A stretch of DNA of 48,434 nt from Reclinomonas americana ATCC 50394 (Eukaryota), in the NCBI GenBank assembly GCA_048213135.1, contig PS015094.1, positions 41,104 through 89,537 of the forward strand, read 5' to 3'. The notes under the pieces were generated by a model. It saw only the letters and a list, made by a program, of their open reading frames with translations, did not search any database and was not told the DNA's origin. Each line of letters opens with the position of its first letter. The stretch's first letter is position 1. Positions 12,574 to 24,849 of the stretch are shown here, one piece after another. Position numbers and translations under genes: made by a program.

Positions 12574-14791
12574 TGTACAAAAGAGAGAGAGAGAAAGAGA
12601 GCAGCGGCAGTGATTGTTGGTGGTTGGTTGCTGTTGTGTTTGTGTGGACTGACGACGGACGACACAGAGTGAACTGCGCGCGCGTTGTGGCGTGGGGGCG
12701 AATGAATGAATGGGGAGTCGGCGACGGGACGGAACAACACAAGGGACATTTTTTTTCAATTTCTTCCGGCGATGCAAGCAGTTTCTGGTGTTTTCGTAGT
12801 GTTGGTGTTTTTTTTTGTGTGTGATAACGGGTGAGGGCGGGTGTGTTTGGGGAGAGAGGTGAGCGCGGCGGTTTGTTGTGGGAGTTGTGACGTTGATATC
12901 GAAGCGACGTTGAAGGGTTGGAGGAGAAGGAGGGGAGATGAGAGAAAGGAGAAGGGAGGTATGCATTGCTGAGTTCGTCTCTCTCTCTCTCTCTGTGTGA
13001 GACTGTGTGTGAATGTGTGTGTGCGCGCGCGCTCTCTCTCTCTCTGTGAGCGAGAGGGAGAGGATGACAAGATCATGACGCATCCCGCTCTGTGTGAGAG
13101 TGAGATCGAGAGAGAGAGAGACGAAGAGAGAGGGTGTAAGTGAGTGTGTTTGTGTGTGCGGGGGAGAGGGAGAGGGAGAGAGAGGGAGAGGGAGATCTCA
13201 GAAGCCACAGTTTGCAACTCCGCACACTGACTGCTGACTGCGACACGACCTCGTTTACTTATTACACGGGGCGACGAAGTGCGGTCTCTCTCTCTCTCNN
13301 NNNNNNNNNNNNNNNNNNNNNNNNNNNNNNNNNNNNNNNNNNNNNNNNNNNNNNNNNNNNNNNNNNNNNNNNNNNNNNNNNNNNNNNNNNNNNNNNNNNN
13401 NNNNNNNNNNNNNNNNNNNNNNNNNNNNNNNNNNNNNNNNNNNNNNNNNNNNNNNNNNNNNNNNNNNNNNNNNNNNNNNNNNNNNNNNNNNNNNNNNNNN
13501 NNNNNNNNNNNNNNNNNNNNNNNNNNNNNNNNNNNNNNNNNNNNNNNNNNNNNNNNNNNNNNNNNNNNNNNNNNNNNNNNNNNNNNNNNNNNNNNNNNNN
13601 NNNNNNNNNNNNNNNNNNNNNNNNNNNNNNNNNNNNNNNNNNNNNNNNNNNNNNNNNNNNNNNNNNNNNNNNNNNNNNNNNNNNNNNNNNNNNNNNNNNN
13701 NNNNNNNNNNNNNNNNNNNNNNNNNNNNNNNNNNNNNNNNNNNNNNNNNNNNNNNNNNNNNNNNNNNNNNNNNNNNNNNNNNNNNNNNNNNNNNNNNNNN
13801 NNNNNNNNNNNNNNNNNNNNNNNNNNNNNNNNNNNNNNNNNNNNNNNNNNNNNNNNNNNNNNNNNNNNNNNNNNNNNNNNNNNNNNNNNNNNNNNNNNNN
13901 NNNNNNNNNNNNNNNNNNNNNNNNNNNNNNNNNNNNNNNNNNNNNNNNNNNNNNNNNNNNNNNNNNNNNNNNNNNNNNNNNNNNNNNNNNNNNNNNNNNN
14001 NNNNNNNNNNNNNNNNNNNNNNNNNNNNNNNNNNNNNNNNNNNNNNNNNNNNNNNNNNNNNNNNNNNNNNNNNNNNNNNNNNNNNNNNNNNNNNNNNNNN
14101 NNNNNNNNNNNNNNNNNNNNNNNNNNNNNNNNNNNNNNNNNNNNNNNNNNNNNNNNNNNNNNNNNNNNNNNNNNNNNNNNNNNNNNNNNNNNNNNNNNNN
14201 NNNNNNNNNNNNNNNNNNNNNNNNNNNNNNNNNNNNNNNNNNNNNNNNNCCTCCTCCTTTTCCTCCTCCACCACCTCTTCTCAGTGCTTCCATCCTTCCC
14301 TTGCTCTCCTCAATTACGGCCAGTTCTATCTCCTCGCCATGCTGCTCCACTGTTCGTTCACCGCCCACGTCGGCGATGAAGCAGTTCGTCTCTGCGTGGA
14401 TACATGCCAAGTACGCAGGAGGAACGAAATGTTTGGTGCATGAGTTGGAGATATCGAAGCAATAAATCTCTTCGCTGTGCATTGCCGCACTGCCATGCCT
14501 CCTCGTCCTCTGACCATCGCAAAGTGATGGTAGGCTGGCTGTAGATCCATGCTCGCCACGAGCAGTGGTTTCTCTTGCAGAAACGGCTGCACAAGCCGGC
14601 GCCTTTTCGACTCTTCTCGTGCCTCTTTCCGAGTCTCAGTTTCAGATGGTCACTCAACGGGTAACATGCAGCTGTATCATTACAAAGGTGGCTGCTGTTC
14701 TTGTGCAACTGCTGCGTTTCTGCTTCGGGAGAGTTACAAATAAAAACGGAGGCACTCGCGCGCGTCACTTCCCAGTTTTTCCGCGTTGGTA

Positions 14792-15505
14792 ATGTGTCGG
14801 TGCGAGTTTGTCGGGTGCCGAGGGTGCCTGGGCTCGGGCTTTGGGTATGCGTGCTTGGTGGTGTTGACGTTGGCGAACTTGGTGAGTGGCATGCGTGGGA
14901 GAGAGAGAAGGGAGAAGAAGAAAGATGATAATGTGAGGGAATCATGCATTTGTGATGCATTGCGACTCACTCTCACCGTACTCTCTCGCGTGCACTCTTG
15001 TGCGCTCTCTGCACGCTCATTCACGTGCGCAGGAGGGGAGCAATCGCCTTCTCACGCGTGCTCTCTCGTATTCACACACACACACACTCTCTCTCTCTCT
15101 CGCTCACACACTCACACACTCACTCACTCACTCTCTCTCACTCACACACGCACTCTCACTCACTCTCTCACTCACACGCTCACTGCATTCTCTCTCTCAC
15201 TCACTCATTCACTCACTCACTCTCTCTCTCTCTCACTCACTCACTCACTCACTCACTCACTCACTCACTCACTCACTCACTCACTCTCGCACTCACTCAC
15301 TCACTCCTTCACTCCTTCCCTTCTCTCACTCCTTCTCTCTCTCTCTCACTCACTCACTCACTTACTCACTCTCTCGCTCACTCACTCTCTTTCTCTCTCT
15401 CTCTCACTCACTCACTCACTCTCTCACTCACTCACTCACTCACTCACTCATGCACTCACTCACTCACTCACTCACTCACTGTCTCTCTCTCTCTCTCTCG
15501 TCCCT

Positions 15506-15536
<31 letters not shown>

Positions 15537-16011
15537 CTCCTCCCTTCTCCCTCCCTCTGTCTCTCACTCATTTCTCCTTCCTTCCCCTTTCTTGCAGATC
15601 TTCTTCCTCTTCCGCCTCGCGCTCTCCGGCTCGCTGCGCAACGAGGAGATCGACGTGGGATCGCTGTATGCGTTTGAGAGTTTCGTGTAGGCATCGCTCC
15701 CGTATCGTAGTGCGTCGCCGCCTCACTCTGTGTCGCAGACAACAACGCCACCGTGTTCCTCATTGACTCCACGCTGGTGGCGTGCTGCTTCGGCCTCGCC
15801 TCGTCGGTGATCACTATCGTGCACCTCTTTACATGGACAAGCATCTCGCAGGGCATTGTTGCGTTTCCGAAATCTCGTGGGGAATTTCTTTCTTTCTCTC
15901 TGTCTCAGCCTCCGTCTCTCTCTCTCTCCCTCTCGCCTCCTTGTGCCTATCCTTGGTAGTGTTGTTCTCTGTGCACTTTATGTGGCCGCTGCTGTTTATA
16001 TCTGCCTCGCT

Positions 16012-16087
<76 letters not shown>

Positions 16088-16979
16088 NNNNNNNNNNNNN
16101 NNNNNNNNNNNNNNNNNNNNNNNNNNNNNNNNNNNNNNNNNNNNNNNNNNNNNNNNNNNNNNNNNNNNNNNNNNNNNNNNNNNNNNNNNNNNNNNNNNNN
16201 NNNNNNNNNNNNNNNNNNNNNNNNNNNNNNNNNNNNNNNNNNNNNNNNNNNNNNNNNNNNNNNNNNNNNNNNNNNNNNNNNNNNNNNNNNNNNNNNNNNN
16301 NNNNNNNNNNNNNNNNNNGTCTGTTGCACTTGTGCGGTCGGTATACTCCGTGTTCCTTCACGTGGCCACATCTGTGCGTTCTTCATCTGCCTCCTTCTCT
16401 GTGTTTGTGTGACTATGTTGTGTTCCACATGTCAAGTGTTGGATAGTGCAAACCTCCTTCTCCTCACCTTCATCGTGTCCGTCTTCTTCTTGTCCTCTTC
16501 CTTTTCCGCCTCCGCCCTCCTGTATATCCTCACCTTCTCCACTTCCTTCTCCTCCTCCTCCCCCTCCTCCTCCTCCTCCTCATCCTCTCCGTCCTCACCC
16601 CTTCCCCCCTTCCCCTTCTCTTCCTCACTCCCTTCCCCTTTTATCCTTTCTCACTCCCTTCCCCTTTTATCCTTTCTCACCCCCTTCCCCCTTCACGCAG
16701 TCCATCGGCCTGAACCTGTTCTCGTGGGCGCTGACAATCCTCACCATGGGCTTTGCCGGCTCGCAATACAAGCTCGGCGATCCCACCAACGGCGACATTG
16801 GAGGGAAGCAGCGCGGCCTCGCCGCCATGGCCATTACGCAGTGCATCCTGCTGCTGACGCTGTTGATTCTGCTGGTGTTGGTGGTGGCCGGGTTGAGCAA
16901 GGTCGACACGGGGGCGGAGGGGGAGGGGGGTGAGACGGATGGGCAGGAGCTGTCGGTGCCGGAGAGTAGGGCGGGGTGA
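14792..16979 (+). CDS. AWPM-19-like membrane protein, copy 1 (189 aa, 4 exons)
   Basis: Exons 14792-14881, 15598-15679, 15739-15857 and 16701-16979 total 570 nt. LTLANLIFFLFRLALSG..NNATVFLIDSTLVACCFGLASS...HLFTWTSISQGISIGLNLFSWALTILTMGFAGSQ matches the AWPM-19 pattern (NL, GNxAT, HxxxW, WxxTxLAMGxAxKQ). Confidence 0.75.
15070..15530. repeat. (CTCA)n/(CT)n microsatellite in intron 1 of AWPM-19-like copy 1
   Basis: Visible tetranucleotide array. Confidence 0.9.
16015..16086. repeat. (TG)n microsatellite abutting gap
   Basis: Visible array. Confidence 0.95.
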
Positions 16980-17723
16980 GTACGAGTGGCGAGGAGTGCA
17001 CTCAGTGAAACTTTGTACCTGGGCGGTCAGGATTCATTTCATGAGAACATCTTCTGGATGGTCTGTGGCGGTGACTTGCGTCAATTTGCCATCTCGGCAA
17101 CGAAAGCGACATTAGGACTGTGCGTGTTATTGATGTTTACCCAAGGTTGAAATTCGCTGGGTAGAAGTGTGATTGTATGCGTGTGAAGGCGATTGACCCA
17201 TTCTATTGTGCTGCTGGCAATTCTGTTGCTTGAATGTTAGGCGATCGCAGAGTACAACCATCTGCAAACTACTCTGAAGCCCTCTCATTTACTCATACAC
17301 GGCAGCGAATGAATATACTGTCGGCGTTGCGGTCTAACGCGCTCGACTCGTTCCCGATTCTCTCAGCTCCGTCCTTCCTCCGGTGTGTCATGCAGGACAG
17401 CAAGAACTTTCCACCACGCTCGGAGCTGCCTTGGTGCCCAGGCTCCCTTTCTGCGCAAATCACGGATTCGGACCCCACGTACTCATTCGTCGAGCACCAC
17501 AACCCGCAATGCCCACTGCGATGTGGATCTGCATTCCAGCGACGTGACTCGCTCTATTGCAGATGGAATTGCGGAAAGCGCCCACTCTCAACCCCATCTC
17601 ACACGCCATGATGCTCTCCCGTCATGACGCTTTGGTTCTTCAACATGGATAATAAAAAGAAAGAAAAAGAACCAACACACACTCTCTTGGCACAAAAAAT
17701 ACACACAAACGCGGTTACGCGTC

Positions 17724-19464
17724 TCATGCCGACGCCGCCCTCTTGCCGCGACGGAGGTGTGGTTGACCGCCAGTAATCATGCTGACGAGAACGATCCACC
17801 CAAGCTGCGCGAGTGGGGAGTGAGCGCCAAGGGTGGAAAGAACATGAGAACAGCAGCATCAGTCACCTCCATGAATGTTTGCACAATGGCCAGACCAGCC
17901 ATGGCCTTTTGCTTCTGCCCGAGACCCGGTGGACCGTTGACGTCGCCAAGATTGGACTCTGTGTGCGCGGAAGTGGTGAGCGCAAGTGCGTGGGTGCGTG
18001 GAGTCTGCGTGGCGCAGACGCAACGCTTGATGCCGTAGCCCATGGTGAGCACGCCCAAGAAGAGAGCGATGCATGACACGCCAACGGACTGCATGCAAAT
18101 AGTGAGATTGCTGAGAGAAGAGGGTGGTGATACATGCCGAGTCACACGCAACGACAAGTTTGGAGCCCTCCGACCAGGCGAACACTGTGAGAGGAGAAAG
18201 GGACGTAAGAAAGTGGGGATAGAAGGAGGGCGGGAGCGGAGAGAGAGAGAGAAACAAAGAAGAGAGCGAGAGAGAGAGAGAGAGAAGCGAAGGAAAAGGA
18301 GGGACGAGGGGCGACTTGCAAATGGTGCATGTTTGTGGAGGGAAGAGAGAGTAAAATCAGTACAGAGGCGCAACTGTGAAATGAAGGCAGGGAAACACAT
18401 GAAACAATGTAGAACATTCAGGCGGAAGGAGATATAGAGAAAAGGGGGAAAGGGAAGACGGAAGGGGGAAGACGAAGGGGGAAGACGAAGGGGAAGACGA
18501 AGGGGAAGACGAAGGGGGAAGACGAAGGGGGAAGACGGAAGGTGGAAGACGGAAGGGGGCAAGACGGAAGAGGGGAAGACGGAAGGGGGAAGGCGGAAGG
18601 GGGGAAGACGGAAGGGGGGAAGACGGAAGGGAGGAAAACGGATGAGGGGAAAGAGAGAAAGGAGGAGGAGCGACAACGCAGACCGCCTCTTTGTAAGATG
18701 TGCAGTCGCGACAGCAACTTCAGCATGAAACGCAACTGTGGAACACTGCAAACAACGACGCCGCAGCACCAACACACGCCACAATCAGCGTCGTATCAAT
18801 CAGGAACGGACTCGCACGATTGTCTGCAGCAAAGCAACAAAGGATGATGAGCGCAACTCACAAATGCAACTCAAACAACGCGATCGAGAAGCACATACAC
18901 ACGCACACACACACACACACACTCTTGCTCACTCACACACTCGCTCGCTCAGTCACTCAATGTGCAATCACTCACTCATCGCACTCTCCCACTCCTCACT
19001 CACGCTCTCTCTCTCTCACACACACACACACATGCACACACTTGCACACACTTGCACACGCATTCAGTTACTCACTCACTCACTCACTCTCTCTCTCACA
19101 CTCACGCTCTCACTCACACACACACACACACACACTCACTCACTCACACTCACTTGCACACTCACTCTCTCTCCCTTCCCCGTCCCTTCTCTTCCCTCTC
19201 TCTCTCATCTCTCAACTTTCCGTCGCCACAACGGCATTCCCGTTGATAATGCCGTTGACCAGACTGCCAGAGATGGCGCCACGAGAGACATACAGCGTCT
19301 GCGTCACACACAGAGTGAGCGAGACATTGCACACTCTCTCACTCTGCACACTCGCACGCCCCCTCTCTCCCCCCCTCCACACACACGCGCACAAACGCAA
19401 CGAGATTGCAGAGGCACAGCACCCATAGCAGCACAGTGCCGCAGGCGGAACGTCGGCTCCCCAT
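17724..19464 (-). CDS. AWPM-19-like membrane protein, copy 2 (166 aa, 7 exons)
   Basis: Exons 19464-19402, 19298-19217, 18823-18737, 18184-18153, 18088-18025, 17958-17867 and 17804-17724 total 501 nt. The product is collinear with copy 1 (SGSL, FLIDxTL, LTMG, LGD, GxKQ). Three intron positions are shared, with identical 82-nt and 119-nt (87+32) blocks. Confidence 0.78.
18440..18650. repeat. ~13-14-bp minisatellite (GGGGGAAGACG(G)AA) in intron
   Basis: Visible tandem array. Confidence 0.85.
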
Positions 19465-19635
19465 TGTTGCGAGTGTGACGAATATTACAATGTGTGAGAA
19501 ATCGGATCCGACGTCGGAAAAACCGCGCACTGCACGTCACTGCACTTTAGCGTGTGCATGAGCAGCGGAAGCATGTGTCGACGATAGTGAGACAGGTGCT
19601 GCAGCGTGAGAGAACGTTGCGATCAGTGTACATGT

Positions 19636-19936
19636 CGACGTTGTAATGCTGGCGTTTCTGCAAGATCATGAGAAACCAACGCTCATGACAAGATCCTGAC
19701 AGGCGTACAGACAGGCACCAAGACGAGCTGTTGAGGGAACTGTGTCTCCACTTTGCTGTCGATGCCTGGCCATGGATCTTGCGATCGATCGCGCGCGACG
19801 TTGTAATGCTGGTTTCCGCATGAGAAACCAACGCTCATGCATATGACAAGATGTAGACAGATGTGCACACAGGCACCAAGACGAGCTGTTGAGGGAACTG
19901 TGTCTCCACTTTGCTGTCGAATTCTGGCCATGGATT
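19636..19936. repeat. Two ~140-bp direct repeats with ~160-bp period
   Basis: cgacgttgtaatgctgg...atgagaaaccaacgctcatg...caggcaccaagacgagctgttgagggaactgtgtctccactttgctgtcga...ctggccatggat at 19636 and 19796. Confidence 0.9.
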
Positions 19937-20682
19937 CAGATCTCCGCGCTGCGGATCCGGATCCGGATATCGATCCTTCGAGTTCGCGATCGATCACCTG
20001 CGCTTGCACCTCTAGTTGCGGCTCCTCATGTGCACTCCAATGCCACGCAGCGCTCGCAGAGAAAGCAGTGGGCGCTGCAGCGGGAAGCCATCAGGAGCCC
20101 GACGGAGTCAGTCTCCACTTCGCGATCGAATACGATCGATATCTCCGGATCCGGTTCCTTCCCCTTCTCCATTCAACCGCAATTGCAACACAGAGACAGC
20201 AAGAGTCGCTATCGGCAGGACCCACAACAAAGCATGGCAGGGCACTCCGCTGTGACTTCTCCTTCGCATTGTGTACTGCGCGTGATATATGCGTTTATCG
20301 CGATTGCATTATTGCAATGATTGGAAGGTGGAAAATGAAGTGTTTTGTTTTTTCGACCATGTGGTTTTCTCGTTTTTTCCGTGATGTCTGAGTTTCTGGT
20401 GCTCAATCAAGATGGTGATCATCATGCAGCTGTGTTGCTGTTTGGATTAGTAAAGTTGTTGTTGTCGATATCAGCGACATATTGCAGTTTCCCCCACCAG
20501 CGCTTTCTTGGGCACTCGGTTGGTGTGCCCCCACCACCGTGATGGTGCTTCCTGGCACCGCCACACGCCGACGATACTGGCCATGTATAGTGCAGCTGCG
20601 TTGCTGTTGTTGATCACCTGCCCCTTGCAAAGCCGATTCTTCCTTCGCATTCATTCCCCATTATTCTCCCTCCAGCCCACCG

Positions 20683-21995
20683 TCACCTCGGCCCATGCTG
20701 AGGCGGCGGCGGGAACGGCGGATACTCGGGCGGCGGCGGATAGACAGCAGCAACAGCAGACCACACACCAGCTCCTTGTTGCGGCGGTGGCGGCGGCGGT
20801 GGTGGTGGCGGTGGAGGTGGCACTCTCGCCGCATGCAGTGGCGGCGACCGATCCACGCGCATGAGCGCCCGCACCTGCTCCTGCAACGCACGATTCGCCT
20901 CCTCCATCTGCTGCATGCGCGAGGCGTGAGCCTCCACGTACCCGCGCAACTGGCCGACCTCTTCGTCGCGCTCCTGCAGCTGCGCGCGCAGTCCGTCGCG
21001 CTCCATTTGGCACATGTGCAGCGCGCGTCGCGAGGTGTCGAGGTCGGTGCGCAGCCGCCGCACACGAATGTCCATGTCGATCAGCGCGCCGCACCATGGG
21101 AGAGAGGCGCGAGGGTTCTCTGCGATGGGGAGGCAAGTTAGTCGTCAGTTTCTTCTGCAGTTCTCACTTCTTGCGCAACTGTTGTTCCACACACACACGC
21201 CGGCCGCCGTCGACGAGCTGACCACGCACTTGTCGTGCAGGAAGACGGCCTTGATCATAAACTCGCGCGCGTTGTTCGACTGCAGCTCCGGGTTGACCAG
21301 GAGGTCGAGGTCCCACACGACGATGCGCTCTGTGGCGGTGTGCAATGAGAAGAAGCAGCAGCAGCAGCAACAATAACGTTTACAACCGCGACAAGAAGAG
21401 GGAGGAGGCTGGGGAAAGACAGACAGAGGCTGGGAAAAGAGAAGGAGGAGGCAAAGGAGGAGAGCAGCACGGACGCAACAGCAATAAGCAGCAGTAAGCG
21501 AGAAGAGTAGAAAACAGAGATGACGAATAATAAGACGACAGAGAATTCTAGAACAATAACAACAACAACAACAACACAACAACAACACAGCAGGCGGAGC
21601 AGAGCGCCCAGACTTACTCGATTTAAGTCAAGCACAAGAGCCAGAAGGCAAGCTCGATACGAGGAGAGCGAGCAAGCTCACGTACAACCACAAGAGAGCG
21701 ACGATCGCGATCAGCAGCAGCAGAAGAAGGCCACCAATACAAACAAGGAGGAGAAAGAAAGGTGGTGACAGAGGCGTAGGAGAACAGCACTCACATACGC
21801 AACAGAGACTACATCAAGCGAGAAGAGATGACGAACAAGAAAGAAGAGGAGGAGGAGAGCGCTCCCTCATTCAGTCGCTGTGACACGAGCGAGAGAATGA
21901 AAAGCACGCTCTAATCGATGAGAATGGAGAGCTTATTCACAACAAAAAGAGAGTGGTGAGGAAAAAGAAGACCAACAACATCCACAACCACAACC

Positions 21996-22046
<51 letters not shown>

Positions 22047-23696
22047 CCAACACCAATAGCAGCAACAAAAAACCACCACCACACCCACAGCAAGCAGAGT
22101 AAAAGCATCCAGACACTATGTACAAGAACCAGAGGGGAGCCAGAGGCAAGCTCGAAACTCAGAGCGAACAGGTTTCCGCACAACAATGTGAGTGCGAGGG
22201 TCAGGCCACCAACAACGACAAGAAGGAGAAAGAAGGATGGTGGAGGCCGAGGCGTAGGAGAACAGCACTCACACACACAACAGCGACACCATCAGCAAAC
22301 GAGACAAGGAGAAAGAGACCAAACAAACAGCAAGAAGAAGAAGTGATCGAGCACGAGAGGAAGAACATAAAAGAGAAACGGAGAAAGGGCGGCACTTCGT
22401 GATTCACTCAATAGAGAGAGAGCGACAGAGCAAGAGAGCAACGAAAGCCACGGAAAAACGAAGTCATGAAGAACAAGAACAAGAACAACAGGGCATCCAA
22501 GGAACAGCAGCCACACCAATCTTCGCACCACCACCACCACCACTACCACCACTGCACTCCCTTCCCCTCCCACCCTTTCCCTTTCATCCCCTTCCCCTTT
22601 CACCCCCTTCCCCTTTCACCCCCCACCCACCTCCCACCGTAAACATCACATTCGTCCCATCCCCCGACACATCCACACTCGTCACCTGCTCACTCGCCGC
22701 CCCACCGGCCTCCGCCTCCGCCTCCCCCTCAAACACCTGCACCGGCACATCATCATACCCCCGCTCGGGATCCACATGCGACCTCCTGCACTGCTCCGTC
22801 GACCACTGCCGCAGCGCGCCATCATCGTGCCCCGTAAACACCTTGTGCGACTCGGCCACCACCGCCATGCACGTAATCGCCGCATCGGAGGTCGTCAGCG
22901 GCTCACCCACCGTCACCCCCTCGTCGACATTCCACGTGACCAGGCGACCGCGACGATCGGCCGACGCATACGCCACAATCACCAGCTGCTGCCTTTCATC
23001 GTCGTCGTCGCTCCCCACCGCCCCCAGTCCACTCACCGCCGTCTGTCCGCGCACGCAGCCGACCGGCGGCGGCAACGTGCGCACCACCGTCCCATCCCGA
23101 ACACACCACACCACCACATCGCCCGCCTCCGTGCCACCCACCAGCAGCTCCTTGTTGAGCGAGCTCACCAGCGTCGTGATGCGGCTCTCGCTGGTGGCCG
23201 AGCGCCACGTCATGGCGGCCAGTTCGCGACGCTCGCGATCGGCCGCCGGCAATCGCCACGCGCGCAGCTCGTATCCGGTCGGCGACGAGCCGGCCGTGAT
23301 GAGGACGCGCTCCTCCACGGGCGACAGCAGCAGTGCACTCACGCCGCGGTTCTCGCCCGGTGCGTCGGTGTGGGCGTCGATGACCAGGCGGATCTCGGTC
23401 GTCTGCGCGTCGTGCATGCGGACACGGCCGTCGTCGCAGCCGCCAATGATCATCTCGTTGTGCGGGCCGTGGAGGGCGCGGGTGGTGATGAGAGCGCGCA
23501 CGCAGTCGAGCGGGTTGTTGCCGAGGAGGCGCTCGCGATGCACGCGCGCTTCGTGGTCGGGGACGTCGGGGGGTGGGGGTGGGGGTGGAGGGCGAGCAGC
23601 AGGTGGGGGAGGGGGAGGGGGAGGGGGAGGAGGTGGAGGAGGAGGAGCAGCTGGTCTGGCGGGAACGGCCGCCGGGCGCGCTTGGTTTGCTCCCAT
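20683..23696 (-). CDS. WD40-repeat protein with N-terminal MG (putative myristoylation), poly-Pro tracts and C-terminal coiled coil (550 aa)
   Basis: Exons 23696-22631, 21329-21180 and 21119-20683 total 1653 nt. WD-like repeats include GGCDDGRVRMH, GTEAGDVVVW, TGHDDGALRQW and IVVWD. A heptad-like region reads MERDGLRAQLQERDEEVGQLR. Confidence 0.82.
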
Positions 23697-24228
23697 TGTG
23701 AGTGAGTGAGATGTGTTTTTGCCGGATTTCAATGGTAGTTGTCAGGGACCCGGCGTCGTCTGAATTGCACTTGAGCTTTTTTTTTCTGTGCAATTTGCAG
23801 TGTGCACGTGTGTGTGGGTGTTTGGGTGCGGTTCGCAGGTGCGAGTGAGGACCGCAGCTTGGCGTGGTGGTTATTTCCGGCAAAAACCTGACGACATCAT
23901 GACCGGACACAACTTTGCCATTCTTGGAGACGCTCAGCAACAAGCAACAGCAGCCAAAGGCGCGGCTCGTCTCGAGAACTGCGATCAGCATCACTTGAAC
24001 AGTGAACTTCACGCTCGCGCAGCGCACTTGCAGAGACACTCAGCATCAGCAGTTGCACCGATTTCGGGAAAAGGCGAACACCAGACAAACGAAGCAGAAC
24101 TGGGCTGGATCCGAGAAGTCAGCAGAGCAGTCATCGGTGGCGTGATTAAACAGCACGCACTAGACCTGCACAGAAGCTGCTGTCGCGGAACATCCAATCT
24201 CGGGAAAGTCGGGTGAAGCAAGCAAGCA

Positions 24229-24560
24229 GACGCGTCCTTTCGTGGAGGCCGGATACAAATGAGCTTGGCTGTTGGTCGGTAGCGCTGTGCAAAGTGTGGG
24301 CGCTGCAAAGTCGGGTCAGAGTCCGCGGAGCGAGAATAACAGTGGACGCATCCTTTCGTGGCGATGCAGGATACAAAAGAGCTTGGCGTATTGTTGGCGA
24401 CGCTCCTGTCAGTGGCGGGTGGTAGGCGCAGTAAGCCGGGTCGGTATCCGTGGAGCAACGACGCGTCCTTACGTACGGAGACCAGATACAAAAGAGCTTG
24501 GCGTGTTGTCGGTGACGCTCCTGTCGGTGGCAGGTGGTTGGCGCAGCAAGGTATCCGTGG
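24229..24560. repeat. Three degenerate ~116-bp tandem units
   Basis: gacgc.tcctt.cgt.....gatacaaa.gagcttggc occurs at ~24229, ~24345 and ~24460. Confidence 0.8.
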
Positions 24561-24849
24561 GCAAGAAGAGCTGTGGGTCCGGCCGCTCGTCGTCGGTGAC
24601 GAGGTTGAACAGAGGCTTGACAGACGCCGGGGGCACATGCAAGCTTCGGAGAGGCCCGTGAGGAGAAAAGCAGTGGTTCCGGCCGTGGAGGAGTCGTCGG
24701 TGATGAGGGTGAGTAGTGAATTTGACGCACCTGCAGAAACGATCATCGTTTGCTGCTGTCGCGGCACATCGAAGCAAAGTCGGTCCAGATCCATGAAGCG
24801 AGCAATGCTGTGGGGGCGTCGTCATTGGTAAGAAGGTCGTATTAGTTCA

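Noticed and set aside
12700-12735. RRRLPIHSF in frame upstream of the CCCH gene ATG, resembling the TTP C-terminal motif
   Set aside because: It lies in low-complexity 5'UTR-like sequence on the wrong side of the gene and is probably chance.
14250-14700. Short ORFs next to the gap
   Set aside because: No recognisable motif or consistent exon structure.
15666-15738. Apparent non-canonical AT-AG intron (CTGT|ATGCG...CAG)
   Set aside because: A GT donor A|GTTTCG at 15680 restores the frame and gives an 82-nt exon identical in length to the paralog's.
17959-18024. Alternative reading of the shifted class as G|TTGCG...CAGN (TT-start introns)
   Set aside because: It would require variable intron 3' ends and would change the conserved Gln (GIKQ/GSQ) to Arg. 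GT-AG is more parsimonious.
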